From: an uncultured Alphaproteobacteria bacterium
GTDB lineage: Bacteria; Pseudomonadota; Alphaproteobacteria; Methylaequorales; Methylaequoraceae
Assembly: GCA_902569095.1 (NCBI GenBank)
Contig: CACFSX010000002.1
Coordinates: 40,161 to 104,160, forward strand
Direction: 5' to 3'
DNA length: 64,000 bases
The notes under the pieces were generated by a model that was given only the letters and a program-made list of their open reading frames with translations, made no database searches and was not told the DNA's origin. Below, piece after piece: positions 42,474 through 53,035 of this stretch. Within the stretch, counting starts at the first letter, position 1. Each line of letters begins with the position of its first letter. The position numbers and the translations under genes are program-made.

Positions 42474-43241
42474 CTATTTTTTAATAACGAAAAAAGCAAC
42501 ACCCTGATGCCAGTCACTGTTTTCGCCTGTGATTAACGAGCTTGAGTTATCAGTGGTGGTTTTAATTTCTAATTTAGATACAATTTTTAATTTTTCATTG
42601 TGGATTGACTCCAAAGTACCTTTTCTAACCTGCTCCCAGTTCCAATCATCAATAATTAATATGAATTTCTTTGTTAATGCAGGTAAAACTAATTTAATTG
42701 CATCATAATGATCTTCATAATGATGAGATCCATCGTAAAAATAAATGTTTATATTTTTAATATTTTTAAAATTAACTTCTCTGAAATCTTTTTCTATAAT
42801 TTGAAGTGAGATATCTTCATGTAAATATTTTTTTAAATTGCGTTTAAAAATTTTTTTTGAATCAAGGTTTGTTGAAAAACTTTGAGACCAATTGTCTACA
42901 CACGTAATGTTTACTTTATTTTGAAAACATACTGAGCATGCGCTAGAGCCGAGCCAAGAGCCAATTTCAAGATATTTTGAATCCTTAAAATTTTTGATTA
43001 GATTATTCATCATTACTCTAAATTTTCTACCTGACAATCCCTTCATTTTTTTTACTTCATCACTTAAGTTCGACTTTCCAGAAATTGCGCTTATAAAAGA
43101 ATTTTCAATTACTTTAGAGTAGGTATCATTTTTATCTCCTGAGAAGTTAATTGTTGTTTCATCTATTGCAAAGACATGATTGATTATATTCATCAATTTT
43201 TTTTTCTTTTTAAGTCGTATTTTTGTTTGAATACTTTCCAT
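42474..43241 (-). CDS. Class I SAM-dependent methyltransferase
   Basis: Motif I-like YLEIGSWLGSS and later IYFYDGSHHYEDH (Methyltransf_24-like layout). Confidence 0.65.
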   Translation of the reverse strand: MESIQTKIRLKKKKKLMNIINHVFAIDETTINFSGDKNDTYSKVIENSFISAISGKSNLSDEVKKMKGLSGRKFRVMMNNLIKNFKDSKYLEIGSWLGSSACSVCFQNKVNITCVDNWSQSFSTNLDSKKIFKRNLKKYLHEDISLQIIEKDFREVNFKNIKNINIYFYDGSHHYEDHYDAIKLVLPALTKKFILIIDDWNWEQVRKGTLESIHNEKLKIVSKLEIKTTTDNSSSLITGENSDWHQGVAFFVIKK

Positions 43242-43260
43242 AATGAATTAAGTTTAGTTA

Positions 43261-44421
43261 ATGAGTAATCTTTCGAAATGTAATAATATAAATGATTTTA
43301 GAAAACTAGCCAAAAGTAAATTACCTTTTCCAATTTTTCATTACATAGACGGGGGGGCTGACGATGAAATAACCCTTCAAAGAAACACGAAATCATTTGA
43401 AGATTGTGATTTAGTTCCAAATGTATTAAGAGGGGTTGAGGATATTGATTTATCAATTAAGCTGTTTGGTAAAAAAATTGACTTACCTTTTTTTCTCTCA
43501 CCAACAGCACTACAACGTCTTTTTCATTATGAAGGTGAAATGGCAGTTGGTCAGGCAGCTGAGTCTTTTAATACTTTTTTTGGTATATCTTCTCTCTCAA
43601 CAGTTTCAGCAAGCGAAATAAGCAAATTAAAGGGACCAAAAATTTTTCAACTCTACTACCATAAGGATAAAGAACTGACAAAAAATATGATTGATGAGTG
43701 CAAAGAAAAAAAATTTGATGCATTAGCATTAACGGTAGATACAATAACGGGAGGAAATAGAGAAAGAGATTTAAAAACTGGTTTTACCTCTCCACCTAAA
43801 TTTACATTGAAAAGTATTTTAAGTTATGCAACATCGCCTTCTTGGACTTTAAATTATTTAGTAAGGAAAAAATTTGATCTTCCTTTTCTAAGTGATTACG
43901 TTGGGGAAGGTACAAAGTTTGCAGTATCTGTGAGTGACTATTTTAGTACGATGTTGGATCAAAGTATGTCATGGAAAAATGCCGAAGAAATAAGAAAATA
44001 TTGGAATGGTCCTTTTTGTCTTAAAGGAATAATGTCTGCAGAAGACGCAAAAAAAGCTGTTAAGATTGGTGCTTCTGCAATAATGGTATCAAATCATGGA
44101 GGACGTCAGCTCGATGGATCAAGGTCACCATTTGATCAACTAAAAGAGATTCTTGATGCAGTCGGAGGAAAAATAGAAGTTATTTGTGATGGGGGTATAA
44201 GAAGAGGGACGCACATTCTTAAAGCTTTATCTCTAGGAGCAAATGCGTGTTCTGGAGGAAGATTGTATTTATACGCTTTGGCAGCAGCAGGAAGAGAGGG
44301 TGTTGAAAAAACTTTAGAAAACCTCCAAAATGAATTAATTAGAAATATGAAGTTGTTAGGGTGTAAAAAAATTTCTGAATTAAATCGTGACAATGTTCGT
44401 TTTAGAAATGTTAAAGACTAA
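43261..44421 (+). CDS. lldD: FMN-dependent alpha-hydroxy-acid oxidase/dehydrogenase (L-lactate dehydrogenase LldD / glycolate oxidase family)
   Basis: FHYIDGGADDE, SNHGGRQLD and DGGIRRG. Confidence 0.88.
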   Translation: MSNLSKCNNINDFRKLAKSKLPFPIFHYIDGGADDEITLQRNTKSFEDCDLVPNVLRGVEDIDLSIKLFGKKIDLPFFLSPTALQRLFHYEGEMAVGQAAESFNTFFGISSLSTVSASEISKLKGPKIFQLYYHKDKELTKNMIDECKEKKFDALALTVDTITGGNRERDLKTGFTSPPKFTLKSILSYATSPSWTLNYLVRKKFDLPFLSDYVGEGTKFAVSVSDYFSTMLDQSMSWKNAEEIRKYWNGPFCLKGIMSAEDAKKAVKIGASAIMVSNHGGRQLDGSRSPFDQLKEILDAVGGKIEVICDGGIRRGTHILKALSLGANACSGGRLYLYALAAAGREGVEKTLENLQNELIRNMKLLGCKKISELNRDNVRFRNVKD

Positions 44422-45409
44422 TTTAAATAAAACTTTTTTTCTTTTAGCAATTTTTATTTTTCTGAAGGCAAACGATTTATTTAGTAGAAGCACGGATTCC
44501 CCCGATCTTGATAAATTTCCAAAAAATAAAATATCTTGGAATGAGTGGATTTTAAAAACTAAGAATGATCTGAAAAACAAAAATTACAAGGACGATACTA
44601 TAAATTATCTTGATAATATTAAATTTAATCCAAGGGTCATTGAGTTAGACAGAAAACAGCCTGAGTTTAGGCTAACTTTTGACAAATATTTCAACAATTC
44701 TGTAAATACCAAAAGTAAAAAAAAAATAAATGAACAATATAATCAAAATAAGAACCTACTTAAAAAAATTGAACTAGAATTTAATGTAAGCGCTAAAATT
44801 TTATTAGCTTTGTGGGGTATTGAAACTTCCTTTGGCAAACATACGGGTAAAATGGATATTATCAGATCCCTAGCATCTTTAGCATATGATGGAAGAAGAA
44901 AAGAATTTTTTACCAAAGAACTTGAGAACGCACTCAATATTCTCGAAAATAATCATTTCGAAAGAAGTTCATTTAAGGGTTCGTGGGCTGGGGCATTTGG
45001 TCAAACTCAATTTATGCCAAGCACTTTTCTTAAATATGCAGTTGATTTTGACGGTGATTCAAAAGTAAATCTATTTAAAAAACCTGATGCATTGGCATCT
45101 GGTGCAAATTATTTAAAAAAAATTGGTTGGAATAATAATTTGCAATGGGGTGAAGAAATAAATATTAACTTAACAGATGAATTTAAAAAATTAGCAAAAA
45201 ATAAAATTTATAAAGATATCACTTTTTGGTCAGGTAAAGGAATAAAATTAAATAAAGAATATGGCACGTCTAAACTTAAACTCGTTATTCCTGATTCAAA
45301 TTATAATGAATGTTATCTTGTCTCAAAAAACTATGATGTTATATTAAATTGGAATAGGTCTAATTATTTTGCATTAACTGTATTTTTATTTTCTGATGAA
45401 ATTAAATAA
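44387..45409 (+). CDS. Lytic murein transglycosylase (MltB family)
   Basis: LWGIETSFGKHTG, AYDGRR and GAFGQTQFMPSTF. Confidence 0.85.
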   Translation: MTMFVLEMLKTNLNKTFFLLAIFIFLKANDLFSRSTDSPDLDKFPKNKISWNEWILKTKNDLKNKNYKDDTINYLDNIKFNPRVIELDRKQPEFRLTFDKYFNNSVNTKSKKKINEQYNQNKNLLKKIELEFNVSAKILLALWGIETSFGKHTGKMDIIRSLASLAYDGRRKEFFTKELENALNILENNHFERSSFKGSWAGAFGQTQFMPSTFLKYAVDFDGDSKVNLFKKPDALASGANYLKKIGWNNNLQWGEEININLTDEFKKLAKNKIYKDITFWSGKGIKLNKEYGTSKLKLVIPDSNYNECYLVSKNYDVILNWNRSNYFALTVFLFSDEIK

Positions 45410-46298
45410 CATTTTTACCTCCTTGAAATTTCAAATCATTCTTTTGATTCCATTTTTCTTGATTGGTTGTTCTGAAGCAACATTTCTTGTAAATTCTGCA
45501 AAAAGAATAGGAACGTGGGGTGATGAACCAATCTATAAAATAGGCACGCCATATAAGATTAATGGCAAATGGTACTACCCTTCTGTTGATTATGATTACG
45601 AAGAAATTGGTATTGCATCATGGTACGGACCAGGATTTCATGGGAAAAAAACAGCAAATGGGGAAATTTTTGATCAAAATAAGGTTTCTGCTGCACATAG
45701 AACATTACCGATGCCTTCCATAGTGAGAGTTACTAACCTTGACAATGGAAAAGTTCTCCCAAAGGTTAGAATAAATGATAGAGGTCCTTTTGCTGGAAAT
45801 AGAATAATTGATTTATCAAAAAAAGCCGCACAAGAACTGGGTTTTGTGAATACAGGAATAGCTAAAGTGAAAGTTGAAATTTTAGAAAATGAGTCAAGAG
45901 AACATGCATTAGTTAATTCAGGCAATAAAATAACACAAGTTCAGTCAGCAGAAATAAAAGAAATTAAGAAAACGGAAATTGTAAATAATTTTGATAAGCA
46001 GAGAATCATAAAAAATAAGAATCAAAATTCGCAAAATGAAAACTTTAATGAGCAAAACTCTATTTTAAGTGATAAACAATTAGCTATTCAAGTTGGCGCA
46101 TTTACTGACCACAGAAATGCTAAATCATTAACTCAAAAACTATCGGACTTTCAAGCATATATTGAGAGGACTTTTGTTAATAATAAATATTTGTATAGAG
46201 TTAGAATAGGCCCAATTGAAAATCTAAATTTAGCCGAAAATATAAAAAAAAAACTTTTTGAATTAGGTTATACTGCGAGTCATTTAATAGTAAATTAA
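45396..46298 (+). CDS. rlpA: Septal-ring lytic transglycosylase RlpA with a C-terminal SPOR domain
   Basis: ASWYGPGFHGKKTANGEIFD and AHRTLPMPSIVRVTN. C-terminus AIQVGAFTDHRNA...YRVRIGP. Confidence 0.9.
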   Translation: MKLNNIFTSLKFQIILLIPFFLIGCSEATFLVNSAKRIGTWGDEPIYKIGTPYKINGKWYYPSVDYDYEEIGIASWYGPGFHGKKTANGEIFDQNKVSAAHRTLPMPSIVRVTNLDNGKVLPKVRINDRGPFAGNRIIDLSKKAAQELGFVNTGIAKVKVEILENESREHALVNSGNKITQVQSAEIKEIKKTEIVNNFDKQRIIKNKNQNSQNENFNEQNSILSDKQLAIQVGAFTDHRNAKSLTQKLSDFQAYIERTFVNNKYLYRVRIGPIENLNLAENIKKKLFELGYTASHLIVN

Positions 46299-46299
46299 A

Positions 46300-47439
46300 A
46301 TGAAATTTTTGTTAATATCTCTTTTCTTTTCTTGTTTATTTAATTATAAAGCTTTTTCGCTAGACACAATTGCAAAGCAAGCAATACTTTATGATTATGA
46401 AACCAAAACAATAATTTTCGAAAAAAACTCAGAAGAACTTATGTCACCAAGCTCTATGAGTAAGATTATGACAATTTATTATGTTTTTAAAAAGATAAAT
46501 GAAGGTGATTTAAAACTAACAGACAAATTTAAAATAAGTAAGAAAGCATGGAAAAAGGGTGGTTCAAAAATGTTTGTTAATGTTAATACAATGGTTTCTG
46601 TTGAAGAATTAATAAGAGGAATAATTGTTCAATCTGGAAATGATGCATGTATAGCTATTGCGGAAGGTATATCAGGAAGTGAAGCACTTTTTGCTGAAGA
46701 ATTAAATCTACTTGCTAAGGAAATAGGAATGATGAACTCAAGCTTCACTAATTCTACAGGTTGGCCAGACCCAGATCATTTAACAACAATACAAGATCTG
46801 CTCACATTGACAGTGAGAACAATTGAAGATTTTCCAGAACTTTATCATTATTATGCTGAAAAAGAATTTACATATAGTGGAATTAAACAATTAAATAGGA
46901 ATCCACTATTATTTAATGAAATTAATGCTGACGGTTTAAAAACTGGACACACATCTTTAGGTGGCTACGGTCTGGTTGCGTCTGTTTTAAAAAATAATCG
47001 AAGGTTAATTCTTATATTAAATGGTTTAAAAAGAAATAAAGATAGAAGTGATGAGTCAGAAAGATTAATAAAAGTGGGTTTCAATCAATACAAAGCCATT
47101 GATCTTTACAAAAAAAATCAAATAATTACAAATCTTCAGGTTTGGGGTGGGAGAAAAAAAAGCGTCGACGTGTATTCAAAGGAGAGTGTAAATCTTACTG
47201 TACCAAATAGGATAAATAAAGATTTAGTATTTACAATAAAACATTATAAACCATTGCTCGCTCCTATAGAAAAAGATCAAAAAGTTGCTGATTTAATTGT
47301 GAAAAATAAAAATGCAGAGATTATAAAAAAATTTGAACTTTTTTCTAAAGATGAAATCAAAAAAATGTCTTTCTTTTCTAAAGTTTATAATAACTTAAAA
47401 TTTTTGTTACTTGGCGACAGTATCTTTAAAACAAAATGA
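46300..47439 (+). CDS. dacA: D-alanyl-D-alanine carboxypeptidase (PBP5/6 family)
   Basis: SxxK (SMSKIMT), SGND and KTGHT motifs; signal peptide. Confidence 0.9.
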   Translation: MKFLLISLFFSCLFNYKAFSLDTIAKQAILYDYETKTIIFEKNSEELMSPSSMSKIMTIYYVFKKINEGDLKLTDKFKISKKAWKKGGSKMFVNVNTMVSVEELIRGIIVQSGNDACIAIAEGISGSEALFAEELNLLAKEIGMMNSSFTNSTGWPDPDHLTTIQDLLTLTVRTIEDFPELYHYYAEKEFTYSGIKQLNRNPLLFNEINADGLKTGHTSLGGYGLVASVLKNNRRLILILNGLKRNKDRSDESERLIKVGFNQYKAIDLYKKNQIITNLQVWGGRKKSVDVYSKESVNLTVPNRINKDLVFTIKHYKPLLAPIEKDQKVADLIVKNKNAEIIKKFELFSKDEIKKMSFFSKVYNNLKFLLLGDSIFKTK

Positions 47440-48074
47440 AGAAATTTATAACTTTTGAAGGTGGGGAAGGAACAGGAAAATCAACCCAAGCTAAATTGTT
47501 ATCAAAATCATTATCATTAATAAATGAAAATAATTTGCTTACAAGAGAACCGGGTGGGACTAAAGTATCTGATAAGATAAGAGAAATTTTAGTAGAGGAC
47601 AAAAATAGTAATATTTCGTCTGATGTTGAATTTCTTTTAATTTATGCATCAAGACATCAACATCTAAAAGAAAAGATAATTCCGTCATTAAAAGAAAAAA
47701 CAGTAATCTGTGACAGATATATTCATTCAACAATTTCGTATCAATTTGATATAAAAAATTTTGCCAAAAAATTAGACTTTTTTCACCAAAATTTTGCATT
47801 TAATTTAATGCCTGACTTAACTATACTTCTAGACTTAGCTCCAGATGTTGGTTTAAAAAGAAGTCTAAAGATTAAAAATAAAGAAACTAGGTTTGAAAAT
47901 AAAGATAAAATCTATCATGAAAAAATTAGAAAAAATTTCTTAAAATTGAGTAAAAAATATAAAAATATGTATAAAATTGACGCTTCTTTATCTAAAAAGG
48001 TTATACATAAAAAAATAATTGATCACTTAAATCAATTATTATTTTTCAAACGCAAACTTCCTTGTGTAATTTAA
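47436..48074 (+). CDS. tmk: Thymidylate kinase
   Basis: ITFEGGEGTGKSTQ P-loop; DRYIHS. Confidence 0.9.
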   Translation: MKKFITFEGGEGTGKSTQAKLLSKSLSLINENNLLTREPGGTKVSDKIREILVEDKNSNISSDVEFLLIYASRHQHLKEKIIPSLKEKTVICDRYIHSTISYQFDIKNFAKKLDFFHQNFAFNLMPDLTILLDLAPDVGLKRSLKIKNKETRFENKDKIYHEKIRKNFLKLSKKYKNMYKIDASLSKKVIHKKIIDHLNQLLFFKRKLPCVI

Positions 48075-48076
48075 TT

Positions 48077-48961
48077 ATGATACACCCAACAAAAATTATT
48101 GGACATAACGAGCAACTAAAGATTTTAAATGAAAGCTATAATGTTCAATTTCCGCATGCCTGGATTTTTAATGGAATGAAAGGAATAGGGAAGTATTCAA
48201 CTGCAGTTAGTTTCATAAGATCAGTTTGTAAAATAAAAGGAAGTAATACTCAAAATTTTTTTGAAATAAATTCTGAAGAAAGCCCTGTGTTGGTAGACGA
48301 TATTAGATTACTTATAAATCAAATAAACCTTACCAATGCAAATGAAAATCAAAATTGTTTTATAATAATTGATAACGCTAACAGTTTAAATTTTAATTCA
48401 TATAATGCGATGTTAAAAACAATAGAAGATCCACCTTCGAATACTATCATAATATTTATTTCTCATGACATTAAAAGAATACCAAAAACAATAGCATCTA
48501 GGTGTATTAAACTTGATTTTAAACCTTTGAATAAAAAAAATATGTTTGAATTCTGTAAATATTACGAAATTGATTGTAAACATTTTGATCTAGAAAAAAA
48601 GTTCTTTTTGACAAATGGAAGTATCGAAAGGCTTTTTTTTTTGATAAGTGAGGAAGGAAAAATTATTCAGGAATATTTTGATAAGCTAGAAAAGAATAAA
48701 ATTTTCAAGATGTCTGAATTTGAATTATTCTATGACCTTATAGCTCATAATTATGATAAATTGTTTTCTTCGATAATGAATCATATATTTTTTATCCAAA
48801 AGGGGAGGTTTCTAAAGTATTATCAAAATAAAGCTTATATAAGAAAAATTTTAATTTTTTTTGCAAATATAAGAATTCTTTATATCCAAAATTTAAATAT
48901 TGATAAAAAAAAGGAATTATACTACTTACTTTCAGAATATATAAAAACAAATGAATATTAA
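48077..48961 (+). CDS. holB: DNA polymerase III delta-prime subunit
   Basis: HAWIFNGMKGIGKYSTA, NAMLKTIEDPP and IASRCIKL. Conserved tmk-holB-metG order. ATG at 48077 preferred over the TTG at 48062. Confidence 0.8.
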   Translation: MIHPTKIIGHNEQLKILNESYNVQFPHAWIFNGMKGIGKYSTAVSFIRSVCKIKGSNTQNFFEINSEESPVLVDDIRLLINQINLTNANENQNCFIIIDNANSLNFNSYNAMLKTIEDPPSNTIIIFISHDIKRIPKTIASRCIKLDFKPLNKKNMFEFCKYYEIDCKHFDLEKKFFLTNGSIERLFFLISEEGKIIQEYFDKLEKNKIFKMSEFELFYDLIAHNYDKLFSSIMNHIFFIQKGRFLKYYQNKAYIRKILIFFANIRILYIQNLNIDKKKELYYLLSEYIKTNEY

Positions 48962-50480
48962 TAAAACTTATATTACAACACCAATTTTTTATGTTAATGA
49001 TCTTCCACATATTGGACACGCATATACTAGTATTATATGTGATACTGTTGCAAGATTTAACAAATTAGATGGCAAAGAAATACTTTTTACAACTGGTACA
49101 GACGAACATGGAATGAAAGTTGAAAAAGCAGCTAAAATAAAAGGTGAGATACCTCAAGATTTTGTGGATAAAGTCTCTCAAAATTTTAAAAAACTATCTC
49201 AAACTCTTGGAATAATAAATACTGACTTTATTAGAACCACAGAGAAAAGACACAAAAAATCAGCTATTCACTTTTGGAATGAACTCCTAAAAAACAACCA
49301 AATATATAAAAGTAATTATAGTGGTTGGTATTCGGTAAAGGATGAGTCTTATTATCAAGATAAAGAATTGATAAAGAATGGAGACGTCTATACAACAAAA
49401 GACGGAAGTCAAGTTGACTGGATTGAGGAGGAGAGCTTTTTTTTCAAGTTATCAGAATGGCAAGAAAAATTATTAATTTTTTATGAAGAAAATCCAGATT
49501 TTGTAATGCCTAAATCTAGAATGAATGAAGTTAAAAGTTTCGTAAAAGGCGGATTAAAGGATTTATCCATCTCAAGAACAAGTTTTGACTGGGGAATAAA
49601 AGTTCCTGAATCGAAACATATTATGTATGTCTGGATAGATGCACTAACTAATTATTTGACTTCGATTGGTTACCCAAATATTACAGATGAAAAAATGAAG
49701 TTTTGGGAGAATTGTATTCATATAATTGGAAAAGACATATTAAAATTTCATGCAGTTTATTGGCCTGCTATGTTAATGGCAATAAACTATCCTCTACCAA
49801 AAACTATATTCGCACATGGATGGTGGACAAATGAAGGAAAAAAAATATCTAAGTCTATGGGGAATACAATTGATCCAAACCAAATGATTGATCAATTTGG
49901 TTTGGATCAACTAAGATATTTTCTTTTAAGAGAAGTGCCTTTGGGAAATGATGGTGATTTTTCTGAATCTTCTTTAATCAATCGAACAAACTCAGATTTA
50001 TCAAATAATCTGGGAAACCTAATTCAAAGAGTCGTTAAATTTATTAACAAAAATTTCGACAACTCCGTTCCAAATTCATTGAAAGAAGAAGCAGATAACA
50101 TAAAACTTATATGTCAAGGTTATGAATTAATAATACTTTTAAAAAAAACAATGCAGGAATTCCAAATAAGCAAATGTCTTGAAGCTATTTTCTTCTACAT
50201 AGATGAATTAAATAAATATATGGATGAAAGTCAGCCTTGGAATAGTTTTAAAATAGATCCAAAAAAAGCAGGTAAAGATCTATCAATTCTTATCGAATGT
50301 TTTAGGATTATTGGAATTATACTTCAGCCATTTATTCCAAATGCTTCAAAAAAAATTTTAGATATTTTAAATATTAATAATAAGTCAAGAGGTTTTGATA
50401 ATCTCAATTCGAAATATATACTTATGAGTAACCATATGTTAAATAAACCCTCGCCAATATTTCCAAGATATGAAAAATAA
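48951..50480 (+). CDS. metG: Methionine-tRNA ligase
   Basis: HIGH motif (PHIGHAYT) and KMSKS motif (KISKSMGN). Confidence 0.95.
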   Translation: MNINKTYITTPIFYVNDLPHIGHAYTSIICDTVARFNKLDGKEILFTTGTDEHGMKVEKAAKIKGEIPQDFVDKVSQNFKKLSQTLGIINTDFIRTTEKRHKKSAIHFWNELLKNNQIYKSNYSGWYSVKDESYYQDKELIKNGDVYTTKDGSQVDWIEEESFFFKLSEWQEKLLIFYEENPDFVMPKSRMNEVKSFVKGGLKDLSISRTSFDWGIKVPESKHIMYVWIDALTNYLTSIGYPNITDEKMKFWENCIHIIGKDILKFHAVYWPAMLMAINYPLPKTIFAHGWWTNEGKKISKSMGNTIDPNQMIDQFGLDQLRYFLLREVPLGNDGDFSESSLINRTNSDLSNNLGNLIQRVVKFINKNFDNSVPNSLKEEADNIKLICQGYELIILLKKTMQEFQISKCLEAIFFYIDELNKYMDESQPWNSFKIDPKKAGKDLSILIECFRIIGIILQPFIPNASKKILDILNINNKSRGFDNLNSKYILMSNHMLNKPSPIFPRYEK

Positions 50481-51276
50481 AATAGTTGATTCACACTGTC
50501 ATTTGAATTTTGATGATTTTAAAGATGATCTTGATGACGTGATTAAAAATGCAAAAGATAAAGATGTAGATTATATGTTAAGTATATCAATTGATTTAGA
50601 AAAGTTTGAGGAGATTTACAATTTAACTCAAAAGTATAAAAATGTTTGGTGTACAACTGGGGTTCATCCAAATAATGTTCCAAAGCAATTAGATATTCAA
50701 AATATCACAAAACTCAAATCACAATTATTGAAAAATTTATTGAGAAAGAAAGTTGTTGGTATTGGTGAAACCGGATTAGATTATTATAGAAGTTTTGAAA
50801 ACAAGCAAAATCAAATAGATTTTTTTGAAACACATATGCAAGTCTCTGGGGAAACAAATTCTCCAGTTGTAATTCATACAAGAAATGCAGACGAAGATAC
50901 AATTTTCTATCTAGATCAATTTGTAAAAAAATATAATTCTAGTGGTCTAATACATTGTTTTTCATCAGGAAAATCTCTAGCTAATTGTGCTTTAGATAAT
51001 GGTTTTTACATATCCTTTTCTGGAGTAGTTACCTTTGAAAAGTCAGAAGAAATTAGAAAAATAGTAAAGTATGTACCCTTAAATAAAATTCTAGTTGAGA
51101 CAGATTCACCATATCTTGCTCCTATACCCAAACGGGGTAAAAGGAATGAACCTGCATTTACGAAATATACGTTAGTACAAATAGCCAAAATTAAGAAAAT
51201 TGATATCGAAGAAGTCGCAAATGTAACTACAAGTAATTTTTTTAATTTATTTTCAAAGGCTAAAGATGCAACTTGA
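50470..51276 (+). CDS. tatD: TatD-family metal-dependent hydrolase
   Basis: DSHCHL, GETGLDY and ETDSPYL. Confidence 0.9.
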   Translation: MKNKIVDSHCHLNFDDFKDDLDDVIKNAKDKDVDYMLSISIDLEKFEEIYNLTQKYKNVWCTTGVHPNNVPKQLDIQNITKLKSQLLKNLLRKKVVGIGETGLDYYRSFENKQNQIDFFETHMQVSGETNSPVVIHTRNADEDTIFYLDQFVKKYNSSGLIHCFSSGKSLANCALDNGFYISFSGVVTFEKSEEIRKIVKYVPLNKILVETDSPYLAPIPKRGKRNEPAFTKYTLVQIAKIKKIDIEEVANVTTSNFFNLFSKAKDAT

Positions 51277-52042
51277 AATAACTGTTTTGGGTTGTGGAAG
51301 TTCTTCTGGTGTACCAGCAATTGGAAACAATTGGGGTAATTGTAATCCAAAGAATCCGAAAAATAGAAGGCTAAGATCGTCAATTTTAATTGAATCTCCA
51401 AGCGTATCAGTATTAGTTGATGCTACTCCAGATTTGAGACAACAACTTTTGAATGCAAATGTTAAAAATTTGGACGCAGTCTTAATCACTCATTGTCACG
51501 CAGACCATATCAATGGTATTGATGACTTTAGATTTTTAAACGTTTTAATGAAAAAGGATTTAAATTTGTATGCTACAAGGGAAAATATAGACGAAATTAG
51601 AAGAAGGTTTGCATATGTTTTTGATAAACTATCTCCCAAGGCTAATGGTTTTTACTATAAGCCGTGTTTAATTCCAAATGAAATAGATGGACCATTTAAA
51701 GTTAAAAATTTAGATATTTTGAGTTTTCAGCAAGATCATGGCTTTGGATTATCAACGGGATTTAGGATAAAGAATTTTGCTTATTGTTCAGACGTTTTTG
51801 ATATAAGTATAGATATTTTAAAAAAACTCGAAAATTTAGATTTATGGATTGTAGATTGTTTAAGATTTGAACCACATAAATCTCATGCACATTACGAGAA
51901 AGTTATGAAATGGATAGAAATTATTAAACCAAAAAAAACTATTCTAACTCACATGAACTACGAAGTTGATTACGACCATATCAACTCGCTTTGTCCTGAG
52001 AATTGTCAAGCTGCATACGATGGACTAAAGTTAATTGTTTAA
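51266..52042 (+). CDS. MBL-fold metallo-hydrolase (PhnP/GPAD-like)
   Basis: THCHADH motif, with further His/Asp later in the sequence. Confidence 0.8.
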   Translation: MQLEITVLGCGSSSGVPAIGNNWGNCNPKNPKNRRLRSSILIESPSVSVLVDATPDLRQQLLNANVKNLDAVLITHCHADHINGIDDFRFLNVLMKKDLNLYATRENIDEIRRRFAYVFDKLSPKANGFYYKPCLIPNEIDGPFKVKNLDILSFQQDHGFGLSTGFRIKNFAYCSDVFDISIDILKKLENLDLWIVDCLRFEPHKSHAHYEKVMKWIEIIKPKKTILTHMNYEVDYDHINSLCPENCQAAYDGLKLIV

Positions 52043-52929
52043 TTATTTAAAATTATTTTTTCAAGTTTTAATATCTCTCCAAGGAAAGAAGTAACTGCTT
52101 TAATTCTTTGTAAATTGTATAAATTTTCATGAACAACTAACCAATACTCTCTCTTTATATTCACTAGATTAGGTAAAACAGGAACTAAATCCTGATGATT
52201 TCTTGCTATAAAAGAGTGCAAGAGTCCCAGACCAACCCCTTTTTTTACAGCATGTAATTGAGAACGAAGGCTATTACTTGAAAATACCACGTTAAGTTTG
52301 TTATTAATTTCTTTAAGATAATTTAATTCAGGAAACTCTATTAATTCGTCAACATAGCTAACGTAATTATGACTATTTAAATCTTTTAAATTTTTGATAT
52401 TATTTAAATCTTTCTTATAATTCTTAGATCCATACAGTTTTACGAAATAATCACATAACTTCCAAGATAAAAGTCTTCCTTTATTTGGTCGTGACAAAGA
52501 TATAAGTATATCAGCCTCATGGTTAGATAAACTTCTTAATTTTGTATCTGCAAGGAGTTCGATTTCAATTTCTGGAAATCTTTCATAGAAAAGATTTAAG
52601 TTTTTACTAATTATTTCAACACCCAGTCCTTCTCCAACACTTAACCTAACTTTTCCTCTGATTTTAGGGTTTGATTTTAAAAAATTATCGTTAATTTCAA
52701 ATACTTCATTTTCAATTTTTTCAACGTATCTTAATAACTCAATTCCTTTTTCTGTTAAAACATACCCCTTGGGTGATCTATTAAATAGATCAGATTCAAT
52801 GTTTTTTTCTAGCCTTGCAATTCTTCTTGCAATTGTGGTTGGTTCAACTCTTAATTTTTTCGAAGCTAGCTTTAACTTTGAACACCTAGAGAGTGCAAGA
52901 AAAGAGTTCAAATCGTTCCAATTAAACAT
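52039..52929 (-). CDS. LysR-family transcriptional regulator
   Basis: N-terminal HTH LNSFLALSRCSKLKLASKKLRVEPTTIARRIARLE. ~300 aa, divergent from mmsA. Confidence 0.9.
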   Translation of the reverse strand: MFNWNDLNSFLALSRCSKLKLASKKLRVEPTTIARRIARLEKNIESDLFNRSPKGYVLTEKGIELLRYVEKIENEVFEINDNFLKSNPKIRGKVRLSVGEGLGVEIISKNLNLFYERFPEIEIELLADTKLRSLSNHEADILISLSRPNKGRLLSWKLCDYFVKLYGSKNYKKDLNNIKNLKDLNSHNYVSYVDELIEFPELNYLKEINNKLNVVFSSNSLRSQLHAVKKGVGLGLLHSFIARNHQDLVPVLPNLVNIKREYWLVVHENLYNLQRIKAVTSFLGEILKLEKIILNN

Positions 52930-52960
52930 GAAGAAATAATATATTCAAAAAGATTTTTTT

Positions 52961-52986
52961 AAAATGCTTTTTTGCATTTTTATAAT
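52961..52986. promoter_or_regulatory. Candidate LysR operator (AAAATGC-N6-GCATTTT) abutting a TATAAT box
   Basis: Perfect 7-bp inverted repeat at 52961-52980, TATAAT at 52981-52986, and a further AAATGCA half-site at 53003. Lies in the lysR-mmsA divergent intergenic region. Confidence 0.4.
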
Positions 52987-53035
52987 TCAAAAATTTAAAT
53001 TGAAATGCAAATAGGATAATGTAATCTTAATTTCA

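Noticed and set aside
42311-42517. 68-aa minus-strand ORF
   Set aside because: It overlaps the 3' end of the methyltransferase gene and has a low-complexity, odd composition. The plus-strand 49-aa ORF (42324-42473) fits the intergenic gap better, though that ORF is weakly supported too.
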